A stretch of DNA of 13,674 nucleotides, taken from assembly GCA_000004985.1 (NCBI GenBank), contig GG738991.1; one strand, given 5' to 3'. The stretch is from Naegleria gruberi (lineage: Eukaryota). Below are positions 1 through 7,451 of this stretch, piece after piece; position 1 is the stretch's first letter; each line of letters opens with the position of its first letter. Under the pieces are notes generated by a model. That model had not been told where the DNA came from. It worked only from the letters and a program-made list of their open reading frames with translations, and searched no databases. The position numbers were made by a program, and so were the translations under genes.

Positions 1-80
1 ACCAAATTGAGTATATTTTGAAGAGGAAGATATTTTTCTAAATAAAGGACCACCACTGTCTCCACTGCAAGCATCCCTTC
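1..80 (-). CDS. Serine protease exon 2, partial; carries the active-site Ser motif DACSGDSGGP
   Basis: After splicing, the minus-strand translation is G-RDACSGDSGGPLFRKISSSSKYTQFG and continues past coordinate 1. GDSGGP is the S1 catalytic Ser signature. Asp six residues before the Ser (D189 equivalent) predicts trypsin-like Arg/Lys specificity. The exon is open to the window edge. Confidence 0.8.
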
Positions 81-126
81 CTATGAAAATTATTGAAATT
101 CACTTTCTAAAATTGTAAAAACTTAC
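81..126 (-). other. 46-nt spliceosomal intron (GTAAGT ... TTTTCATAG) of the serine protease gene
   Basis: On the minus strand the intron reads GTAAGTTTTTACAATTTTAGAAAGTGAATTTCAATAATTTTCATAG. It has a canonical donor, a pyrimidine-rich 3' end with AG, and is 46 nt long. Removing it fuses the frames as ...GAGNG|RDACSGDSGGP. Confidence 0.8.
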
Positions 127-769
127 CATTTCCAGCTCCTGCACAAATTTGTTCAATATTAACTCCACCCAAATTCAAATTATTACAATATGACATTTTA
201 ACAATTGGAACAGATGCCTTTTGTAACTTTTTAGGATAATCCAAGTTAGAATTCAAAGCTCCCCAACCAGAAATTAAAACTAATCTAGAAGAATCACTTT
301 CCTCATCATGAATTGCAATTGAATTTGCATCAATAGAAACTGTACTAACAGTTGAATCATCAATTGGCAATGCACTTTCAAGTTCAAATACAGCAATGTC
401 ATTTCTTTCTGTTCCTTTCTGATAGGAAGGATGAGCAATTTGATTTTTGACTTTGATGTATTTACAATTATCTGAACATGTATTATCATAAGTTCCGTAA
501 ACAACAACAAGTGTTGTAGATGAGTCTAAACAGTGAGCAGCTGTCAATACAAATGTACTCGATAGGATACTTCCTGTACAGAGATGTTCGAAAGCTCCGG
601 ACGAAAGTTGTTTTTGAATGGAAACAATGAAAGGAAATTCGTGTTCACCAGCAGTTTGACCATTTGCTACCTTGATGCCACGTTCATTATTTGGTGTAAC
701 TTGCAATTTTGCAGCCACAAGATGACAACTAAAAAATACAAGACAAATGACAGCTAAATATTTCAGCAT
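127..769 (-). CDS. Secreted trypsin-like (S1/chymotrypsin family) serine protease, exon 1
   Basis: ATG at 769..767, preceded on the coding strand by A7. The N-terminus MLKYLAVICLVFFSCHLVAA is hydrophobic and looks like a signal peptide. Catalytic His lies in LTAAHC and catalytic Asp in NDIAVFEL, with the Cys spacing expected for S1 proteases. The ORF-track frame (107..769) is broken at 127/126 by a GTAAGT donor: the last exon base is 127 (first base of a Gly codon). TAA/TGA usage, and a downstream exon carrying the Ser motif, support this. Confidence 0.85.
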
Positions 770-832
770 TTTTTTTGTAAGAATGTTAATTTGACGAGAG
801 TGGAAACATTTACTTCCAAGTATAACAACGGG

Positions 833-849
833 TCTCTAACGGTTAGAGA
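833..849. promoter_or_regulatory. Palindrome TCTCTAAC-G-GTTAGAGA, 64-80 bp upstream of the protease ATG
   Basis: Two perfect 8-bp inverted arms (833..840 and 842..849) flank a 1-nt spacer, as read directly from the sequence. Its position is consistent with a dimeric transcription-factor site in the protease promoter. Confidence 0.35.
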
Positions 850-862
850 AAGAAGAGAGGAG

Positions 863-887
863 TGCGTATTGAGTGATTTAATACGCA
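863..887. repeat. Inverted repeat / potential hairpin TGCGTATT-(9 nt)-AATACGCA
   Basis: Arms of 8 bp at 863..870 and 880..887 flank a 9-nt loop. It lies in the short spacer between the 3' end of the RG-rich gene and the protease promoter. Confidence 0.4.
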
Positions 888-987
888 ATTCCTTTTAGTT
901 TAATGCGTTTTAGAATAGTTTCTAATCTGAATTGTCTGTGTGAATGTCAAAATTCTCAATCAAACATTTGCAATTATTTCACTACAA

Positions 988-993
988 TTTATT
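988..993 (-). promoter_or_regulatory. Putative poly(A) signal AATAAA overlapping the stop codon of the RG-rich gene
   Basis: Plus-strand TTTATT at 988..993 reads AATAAA on the minus strand and overlaps the TAA stop at 991..989. This is consistent with a very short 3' UTR. Confidence 0.3.
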
Positions 994-2128
994 GAGTATC
1001 TTGATTTTCAGACATGATATCAGCTGCAATTCTTCTCGACGCATTTTCAATTCCATAAAGTTTGACATATTGAGTGGCGACAAGTCTGTCCAATTCACAA
1101 CCATTTCTATCATAACAAATACCTAACATGCCTTCAACTTCCTCTAAATTTGCTCCATTTCCTCTCGTTCTCAAGCATGGAGCAATTTTTTCACATCCAT
1201 AATAGTAAAATTGTTTCTTACACTTACTAAAAATGGAACGTCTATCCAAACCATTCCATCTTTTCAGGCAATCAACTCTACATGCCACACAAGATGTTTG
1301 TTTATCAGAAACGAATGGAATTGGAGGAAGTCTTTGAGTGTGAGGTCCTAAAAATCCGTCAAATTTCTTCTTGGCCTTGAACATGATATTGAGAGCTTCC
1401 ATTGTAAATGGAATATGTAAACCTTCTCCTCCTGATTTGGTTCTATTGTTTTTAGTTTCCTTGGATTCTTGTTGTTGTTGTTGTTGAGTTGTTTTAGTTT
1501 TGGAGGTTCGTCTAGCAGTAACCGAAACTCTTCCCAAATCGGTTGGTGACTTGTTGGTAGCTTTAGCTTTGGTTGCTGCAGATCTTCTTGCTCCCTTAGA
1601 AGAAGCAGATGATGATGACGAAGAAGCTTTTCCACCTCTACTCTTTCCACTGTTTCTTCCACTGTTTCTTCCAGATCTTGAGGATGATCTTGATCCACTT
1701 ATACTTCCTCTGCTTCCTCTACCTCTTCCACTTCCTCTACTTCCTCTACTTCCTCTTCCAGAAGATGATCTTGAACCACCTTTGCTTCCTCTACTTCCTT
1801 TACCACCTCTGGATCCTCTACTTCCTCTTGAACCACGTCCTCCTCTACCTCTACCTCCTCTTCCTCTACCACCTCTACCACCACCACGACCACGTCCACC
1901 TCTTCCACCACCTCTGCCACCTTTCAAAGTGACAGCACTCAAGGTATTCAAGTGGTCCATGTCATCTTCTTGAAGAAGAGATTCTTCCTCAAGAGCATGT
2001 TGCAAGGTATTTCTTCTAAATTGACTGGAATCTTTAGGTAATGGATCAGAACAATTGGGTCTTGAACTATTAACTGTTTGGAAGTTGACCAAAAGTATGG
2101 AAACAACACAACATGCAAGAATTGACAA
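989..2128 (-). CDS. RG/RGG-repeat protein with a C-terminal Cys-rich domain of unknown family; 5' end unresolved (next to N block)
   Basis: A 379-codon open frame ends at TAA 991..989. The track's start at 2128 is TTG, not ATG, and an in-frame TAA lies just upstream at 2134..2132. The first in-frame ATG is at residue 56 (MDHL...). The protein contains about 80 residues of GGRGGGRGGRGRGG/RGSRGSRG repeats, a poly-Ser stretch, Q6 and a basic linker. These are followed by about 140 residues with 10 Cys (CVACRVDC ... KCKKQFYYYGCEKIAPC ... CYDRNGCELDRL). Codon usage (AGA/CGT Arg, GGA/GGT Gly, CCA Pro) matches the neighbouring genes. Confidence 0.6.
   Translation of the reverse strand: MSILACCVVSILLVNFQTVNSSRPNCSDPLPKDSSQFRRNTLQHALEEESLLQEDDMDHLNTLSAVTLKGGRGGGRGGRGRGGGRGGRGRGGRGRGGRGSRGSRGSRGGKGSRGSKGGSRSSSGRGSRGSRGSGRGRGSRGSISGSRSSSRSGRNSGRNSGKSRGGKASSSSSSASSKGARRSAATKAKATNKSPTDLGRVSVTARRTSKTKTTQQQQQQESKETKNNRTKSGGEGLHIPFTMEALNIMFKAKKKFDGFLGPHTQRLPPIPFVSDKQTSCVACRVDCLKRWNGLDRRSIFSKCKKQFYYYGCEKIAPCLRTRGNGANLEEVEGMLGICYDRNGCELDRLVATQYVKLYGIENASRRIAADIMSENQDTQ
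1469..1486 (-). repeat. (CAA)6 trinucleotide repeat encoding Gln6 inside the RG-rich CDS
   Basis: Plus-strand (TTG)6 at 1469..1486. Confidence 0.9.
1606..1924 (-). repeat. Coding low-complexity repeat (RGG / RGS / SRG units) with strong 3-nt periodicity
   Basis: The plus strand is dominated by cctct(a/t)cc and cttcc units. All four overlapping ORFs in the track (1500..1973 +, 1609..1932 +, 1699..1920 -, 1348..1698 -) are alternative-frame readings of this repeat. Confidence 0.75.
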
Positions 2129-2154
2129 ATCTTACTGCCTAACATTTTTTTACA

Positions 2155-5100
2155 NNNNNNNNNNNNNNNNNNNNNNNNNNNNNNNNNNNNNNNNNNNNNN
2201 NNNNNNNNNNNNNNNNNNNNNNNNNNNNNNNNNNNNNNNNNNNNNNNNNNNNNNNNNNNNNNNNNNNNNNNNNNNNNNNNNNNNNNNNNNNNNNNNNNNN
2301 NNNNNNNNNNNNNNNNNNNNNNNNNNNNNNNNNNNNNNNNNNNNNNNNNNNNNNNNNNNNNNNNNNNNNNNNNNNNNNNNNNNNNNNNNNNNNNNNNNNN
2401 NNNNNNNNNNNNNNNNNNNNNNNNNNNNNNNNNNNNNNNNNNNNNNNNNNNNNNNNNNNNNNNNNNNNNNNNNNNNNNNNNNNNNNNNNNNNNNNNNNNN
2501 NNNNNNNNNNNNNNNNNNNNNNNNNNNNNNNNNNNNNNNNNNNNNNNNNNNNNNNNNNNNNNNNNNNNNNNNNNNNNNNNNNNNNNNNNNNNNNNNNNNN
2601 NNNNNNNNNNNNNNNNNNNNNNNNNNNNNNNNNNNNNNNNNNNNNNNNNNNNNNNNNNNNNNNNNNNNNNNNNNNNNNNNNNNNNNNNNNNNNNNNNNNN
2701 NNNNNNNNNNNNNNNNNNNNNNNNNNNNNNNNNNNNNNNNNNNNNNNNNNNNNNNNNNNNNNNNNNNNNNNNNNNNNNNNNNNNNNNNNNNNNNNNNNNN
2801 NNNNNNNNNNNNNNNNNNNNNNNNNNNNNNNNNNNNNNNNNNNNNNNNNNNNNNNNNNNNNNNNNNNNNNNNNNNNNNNNNNNNNNNNNNNNNNNNNNNN
2901 NNNNNNNNNNNNNNNNNNNNNNNNNNNNNNNNNNNNNNNNNNNNNNNNNNNNNNNNNNNNNNNNNNNNNNNNNNNNNNNNNNNNNNNNNNNNNNNNNNNN
3001 NNNNNNNNNNNNNNNNNNNNNNNNNNNNNNNNNNNNNNNNNNNNNNNNNNNNNNNNNNNNNNNNNNNNNNNNNNNNNNNNNNNNNNNNNNNNNNNNNNNN
3101 NNNNNNNNNNNNNNNNNNNNNNNNNNNNNNNNNNNNNNNNNNNNNNNNNNNNNNNNNNNNNNNNNNNNNNNNNNNNNNNNNNNNNNNNNNNNNNNNNNNN
3201 NNNNNNNNNNNNNNNNNNNNNNNNNNNNNNNNNNNNNNNNNNNNNNNNNNNNNNNNNNNNNNNNNNNNNNNNNNNNNNNNNNNNNNNNNNNNNNNNNNNN
3301 NNNNNNNNNNNNNNNNNNNNNNNNNNNNNNNNNNNNNNNNNNNNNNNNNNNNNNNNNNNNNNNNNNNNNNNNNNNNNNNNNNNNNNNNNNNNNNNNNNNN
3401 NNNNNNNNNNNNNNNNNNNNNNNNNNNNNNNNNNNNNNNNNNNNNNNNNNNNNNNNNNNNNNNNNNNNNNNNNNNNNNNNNNNNNNNNNNNNNNNNNNNN
3501 NNNNNNNNNNNNNNNNNNNNNNNNNNNNNNNNNNNNNNNNNNNNNNNNNNNNNNNNNNNNNNNNNNNNNNNNNNNNNNNNNNNNNNNNNNNNNNNNNNNN
3601 NNNNNNNNNNNNNNNNNNNNNNNNNNNNNNNNNNNNNNNNNNNNNNNNNNNNNNNNNNNNNNNNNNNNNNNNNNNNNNNNNNNNNNNNNNNNNNNNNNNN
3701 NNNNNNNNNNNNNNNNNNNNNNNNNNNNNNNNNNNNNNNNNNNNNNNNNNNNNNNNNNNNNNNNNNNNNNNNNNNNNNNNNNNNNNNNNNNNNNNNNNNN
3801 NNNNNNNNNNNNNNNNNNNNNNNNNNNNNNNNNNNNNNNNNNNNNNNNNNNNNNNNNNNNNNNNNNNNNNNNNNNNNNNNNNNNNNNNNNNNNNNNNNNN
3901 NNNNNNNNNNNNNNNNNNNNNNNNNNNNNNNNNNNNNNNNNNNNNNNNNNNNNNNNNNNNNNNNNNNNNNNNNNNNNNNNNNNNNNNNNNNNNNNNNNNN
4001 NNNNNNNNNNNNNNNNNNNNNNNNNNNNNNNNNNNNNNNNNNNNNNNNNNNNNNNNNNNNNNNNNNNNNNNNNNNNNNNNNNNNNNNNNNNNNNNNNNNN
4101 NNNNNNNNNNNNNNNNNNNNNNNNNNNNNNNNNNNNNNNNNNNNNNNNNNNNNNNNNNNNNNNNNNNNNNNNNNNNNNNNNNNNNNNNNNNNNNNNNNNN
4201 NNNNNNNNNNNNNNNNNNNNNNNNNNNNNNNNNNNNNNNNNNNNNNNNNNNNNNNNNNNNNNNNNNNNNNNNNNNNNNNNNNNNNNNNNNNNNNNNNNNN
4301 NNNNNNNNNNNNNNNNNNNNNNNNNNNNNNNNNNNNNNNNNNNNNNNNNNNNNNNNNNNNNNNNNNNNNNNNNNNNNNNNNNNNNNNNNNNNNNNNNNNN
4401 NNNNNNNNNNNNNNNNNNNNNNNNNNNNNNNNNNNNNNNNNNNNNNNNNNNNNNNNNNNNNNNNNNNNNNNNNNNNNNNNNNNNNNNNNNNNNNNNNNNN
4501 NNNNNNNNNNNNNNNNNNNNNNNNNNNNNNNNNNNNNNNNNNNNNNNNNNNNNNNNNNNNNNNNNNNNNNNNNNNNNNNNNNNNNNNNNNNNNNNNNNNN
4601 NNNNNNNNNNNNNNNNNNNNNNNNNNNNNNNNNNNNNNNNNNNNNNNNNNNNNNNNNNNNNNNNNNNNNNNNNNNNNNNNNNNNNNNNNNNNNNNNNNNN
4701 NNNNNNNNNNNNNNNNNNNNNNNNNNNNNNNNNNNNNNNNNNNNNNNNNNNNNNNNNNNNNNNNNNNNNNNNNNNNNNNNNNNNNNNNNNNNNNNNNNNN
4801 NNNNNNNNNNNNNNNNNNNNNNNNNNNNNNNNNNNNNNNNNNNNNNNNNNNNNNNNNNNNNNNNNNNNNNNNNNNNNNNNNNNNNNNNNNNNNNNNNNNN
4901 NNNNNNNNNNNNNNNNNNNNNNNNNNNNNNNNNNNNNNNNNNNNNNNNNNNNNNNNNNNNNNNNNNNNNNNNNNNNNNNNNNNNNNNNNNNNNNNNNNNN
5001 NNNNNNNNNNNNNNNNNNNNNNNNNNNNNNNNNNNNNNNNNNNNNNNNNNNNNNNNNNNNNNNNNNNNNNNNNNNNNNNNNNNNNNNNNNNNNNNNNNNN

Positions 5101-5992
5101 NNNNNNNNNNNNNNNNNNNNNNNNNNNNNNNNNNNNNNNNNNNNNNNNNNNNNNNNNNNNNNNNNNNNNNNNNNNNNNNNNNNNNNNNNNNNNNNNNNNN
5201 NNNNNNNNNNNNNNNNNNNNNNNNNNNNNNNNNNNNNNNNNNNNNNNNNNNNNNNNNNNNNNNNNNNNNNNNNNNNNNNNNNNNNNNNNNNNNNNNNNNN
5301 NNNNNNNNNNNNNNNNNNNNNNNNNNNNNNNNNNNNNNNNNNNNNNNNNNNNNNNNNNNNNNNNNNNNNNNNNNNNNNNNNNNNNNNNNNNNNNNNNNNN
5401 NNNNNNNNNNNNNNNNNNNNNNNNNNNNNNNNNNNNNNNNNNNNNNNNNNNNNNNNNNNNNNNNNNNNNNNNNNNNNNNNNNNNNNNNNNNNNNNNNNNN
5501 NNNNNNNNNNNNNNNNNNNNNNNNNNNNNNNNNNNNNNNNNNNNNNNNNNNNNNNNNNNNNNNNNNNNNNNNNNNNNNNNNNNNNNNNNNNNNNNNNNNN
5601 NNNNNNNNNNNNNNNNNNNNNNNNNNNNNNNNNNNNNNNNNNNNNNNNNNNNNNNNNNNNNNNNNNNNNNNNNNNNNNNNNNNNNNNNNNNNNNNNNNNN
5701 NNNNNNNNNNNNNNNNNNNNNNNNNNNNNNNNNNNNNNNNNNNNNNNNNNNNNNNNNNNNNNNNNNNNNNNNNNNNNNNNNNNNNNNNNNNNNNNNNNNN
5801 NNNNNNNNNNNNNNNNNNNNNNNNNNNNNNNNNNNNNNNNNNNNNNNNNNNNNNNNNNNNNNNNNNNNNNNNNNNNNNNNNNNNNNNNNNNNNNNNNNNN
5901 NNNNNNNNNNNNNNNNNNNNNNNNNNNNNNNNNNNNNNNNNNNNNNNNNNNNNNNNNNNNNNNNNNNNNNNNNNNNNNNNNNNNNNNNNNNN
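2155..5992. other. Unresolved sequence (3838 N): assembly gap or hard-masked region
   Basis: A continuous N run. Coding sequence runs into it from the right edge, and the RG-rich gene's 5' region leaves it at the left edge. Confidence 1.
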
Positions 5993-6393
5993 TCATTTTC
6001 TTCACTTTCTCTCATGGAAGCCCACACCTGCATATCATCAAACACTTCCACACTCGAATCTTCAAACAAATGATGATTCGAACAACAAACCTCCCTAGCA
6101 AACTCTTCGTGTCTCTGGCAACAAAATTTCTCCAACAATTTGACTTGTTCTTTCGCTTCATCTCTCACTCGGAATAACATGGGACTTTTTAATATTAACC
6201 TCCACATGATGATCAATAGGTAGTGTCCTAATTTTCTTGAACCTTCGATTGTTAAATCCAATCCGACGTGAATTGGTTGTGTGAATCTGTTTAAATCGAA
6301 TAGATCGTCACGACATTCATATTCCGAATCGGATTCATAGTGATCGGTGCATGAGCTAGCATGAGGGAAACAGTGCGTGAGGAATAGCGACAT
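5993..6393 (-). CDS. N-terminal 133 codons of a protein-coding gene running into the N block (partial)
   Basis: A true ATG at 6393..6391 sits in the context AATTTAAAAAAA-ATG. The frame is open to the N boundary. The translation MSLFLTHCFPHASSCTDHYESDSEYECRDDLFDLNRFTQPIHVGLDLTIEGSRKLGHYLLIIMWRLILKSPMLFRVRDEAKEQVKLLEKFCCQRHEEFAREVCCSNHHLFEDSSVEVFDDMQVWASMRESEEN has balanced, non-repetitive composition. I could not assign a family. Confidence 0.55.
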
Positions 6394-6496
6394 TTTTTTT
6401 AAATTGGTGTGGCAAAGTGCAATATTTACTTTAGACTATTCTATAGTCATAATGATTAAGGAAATAAATCCTCTCAAATATTGAACCTATTCAATG

Positions 6497-6843
6497 TTAA
6501 ACCTTAAAAGCAAGTGAAGAATATCTTGAGGGAATAAAGAAATCTTCACTGTAAAAAGCCTTCAAACGTTGATTCAATAATTCCTTGAAAATCTTGTAAA
6601 TTATTTTAGCATCATGATATTGATATAGTAATGAAGATTCAAACCAGCCCCAAGATTTCAAAGCTTCCATAGCTAATTCTTCATCTTCATCCTCTTCCAT
6701 CGTCATTTCTCGAATCATTTGGTAAGTAAAGCAATTTCTCCTGACAAGGTTGACTAAGAAATCCCTGTCCAACAAGACTTGTTCTGGAATAAGATCAGCC
6801 AAATGACCTCCAAAAGGAGAACCAGCACACATTAAAATCACAT
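6497..6843 (-). CDS. Terminal coding exon of a minus-strand gene (about 115 codons, stop TAA 6499..6497); product unknown
   Basis: The track's start at 6841 is GTG, not ATG, and an in-frame stop lies just upstream at 6853..6851. On the coding strand, TCTTTAG|AT sits immediately 5' (acceptor AG at 6845..6844), so the exon probably begins at 6843 in phase 1. The translation is (V)ILMCAGSPFGGHLADLIPEQVLLDRDFLVNLVRRNCFTYQMIREMTMEEDEDEELAMEALKSWGWFESSLLYQYHDAKIIYKIFKELLNQRLKAFYSEDFFIPSRYSSLAFKV. Alternatively the protein could start at the internal ATG at 6832..6830. Confidence 0.5.
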
Positions 6844-7008
6844 CTAAAGACTACCCACTCTCTCTTTTTACCAGTGAGTAGTTTTGTGTATAATTATATT
6901 TTTCTGTGCTCTTTGTTGAATTTGAGAAATGAATTTTAGGTGGTGAAAAATCAATGTTGTCAATCCAACAGTCAAATTAATCATCACGATCTGCTTGTAC
7001 CTCCTCAC

Positions 7009-7139
7009 ATAGCCTCACATAATCATCACAATTTTGGGCTAGTGCTTTCAATAGGTCTGGTTTGTGTTTGAGTAATCCTATTTGGACATCATTAGGTAAT
7101 TTTGTCAACACGTTGATGTAATGGGTGTTACTTTTACAA
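7009..7139 (-). CDS. Putative internal exon of the same gene, (S)CKSNTHYINVLTKLPNDVQIGLLKHKPDLLKALAQNCDDYVRL
   Basis: The minus-strand frame is open from 7141 down to TAA 6979..6977 (54 codons, no ATG). An acceptor-like CCTGAAG precedes 7139. A GTGAGG donor at 7008..7003 leaves one exon base (T at 7009), which matches the phase-1 acceptor at 6844. Splicing out this 165-nt intron gives ...DDYVRL-Y-VILMCAGSPFGG... This phase match is the main evidence. No upstream exon was identified. Confidence 0.25.
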
Positions 7140-7339
7140 CTTCAGGCATGTGCTCAATAATACGATAGTCAATGTTATAATTAATTAATAGTTTGATGAA
7201 TTCAGAATCAAGAAATTGTGGTAGGCTTGTCAAATTTCCTTTTTAGAGTCTATTGAAAATGCATTAAATTTGTCAACTACATTATTGTCACAATGTTGTA
7301 AATTCCAACAACAAAAAATACCACAAAACAGATCCGAAA

Positions 7340-7361
7340 TTTACTGCCTTTTTACTGCCTT
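7340..7361. repeat. Tandem direct repeat TTTACTGCCTT x2
   Basis: Two 11-mers at 7340..7350 and 7351..7361, about 90 bp upstream of the ATG at 7450. The core TTACTGCCT also occurs at 2132..2140. Confidence 0.8.
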
Positions 7362-7424
7362 CCGAATCACGTACATACATTTTCAATAATAATAATTTAA
7401 ATATCACAGGATCACTACAGTCAA

Positions 7425-7451
7425 CATCATCATCATCATCATCATCATCAT
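7425..7451 (+). repeat. (CAT)9 microsatellite directly abutting and overlapping the start codon
   Basis: Nine perfect CAT units at 7425..7451. The last unit supplies the AT of ATG at 7450. In the ATG frame it reads ATC codons upstream, closed by a TAA at 7393..7395, so it is 5' UTR rather than a His or Ile tract. Confidence 0.95.

Noticed and set aside
280-510. 76-aa minus-strand ORF inside the protease gene
   Set aside because: It is an out-of-frame overlap of a clearly supported CDS and its product is Ile/Leu/Lys-rich, low-complexity.
944-1126. 60-aa plus-strand ORF overlapping the 3' end of the RG-rich gene
   Set aside because: It lies antisense to a well-supported CDS, is short, and has no supporting signals.
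1348-1973. Four overlapping ORFs on both strands (1500..1973 +, 1609..1932 +, 1699..1920 -, 1348..1698 -) encoding Pro/Leu-, Phe/Tyr/Leu-, Glu/Val- and Leu/Glu-rich products
   Set aside because: All are alternative-frame readings of the 3-nt periodic RG-repeat. Only the 989..2128 minus frame extends into complex sequence with a defined stop. The others are low-complexity by-products.
2074-2145. MLGSKICQFLHVVLFPYFWSTSKQ read as a signal peptide from the ATG at 2145
   Set aside because: It is in a different frame from the RG-rich ORF and terminates after 68 codons. It is more plausibly the intron-containing 5' end discussed above than a separate secreted peptide.
6314-6333. TCCGAATCGGATTC partial palindrome inside the 5993..6393 CDS
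   Set aside because: It is imperfect (CG/GC centre mismatch) and sits inside coding sequence where it simply encodes ESDSEY. It is not a convincing element.
1948-6393. Track ORFs that span the N blocks as single giant proteins (1948..6393 -, 2055..6098 +, 2139..6005 -, 8251..12210 +, 8287..12381 -)
   Set aside because: N translates to X, so no stop can be called. The frame relationship across an N run of arbitrary length is meaningless. Only the ATG-proximal ends (5993..6393, 8251..8317, 12183..12381) are informative. The distal tails (for example MLGSKICQFLHVV... at 2145 or NYFKTNII at 12183) are in unrelated frames. The 2055 plus ORF starts with TTG.
7142-7242. Second short minus-strand frame (KGNLTSLPQFLDSEFIKLLINYNIDYRIIEHMPEVVKVTPITSTC) overlapping the putative exon at 7009..7139
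   Set aside because: It is only 45 codons, has no ATG, and ends in a stop 30 nt into the other frame. I could not find a splice phase that joins it to the downstream exon. It is kept only as a hint that the first exon of that gene lies in this region.
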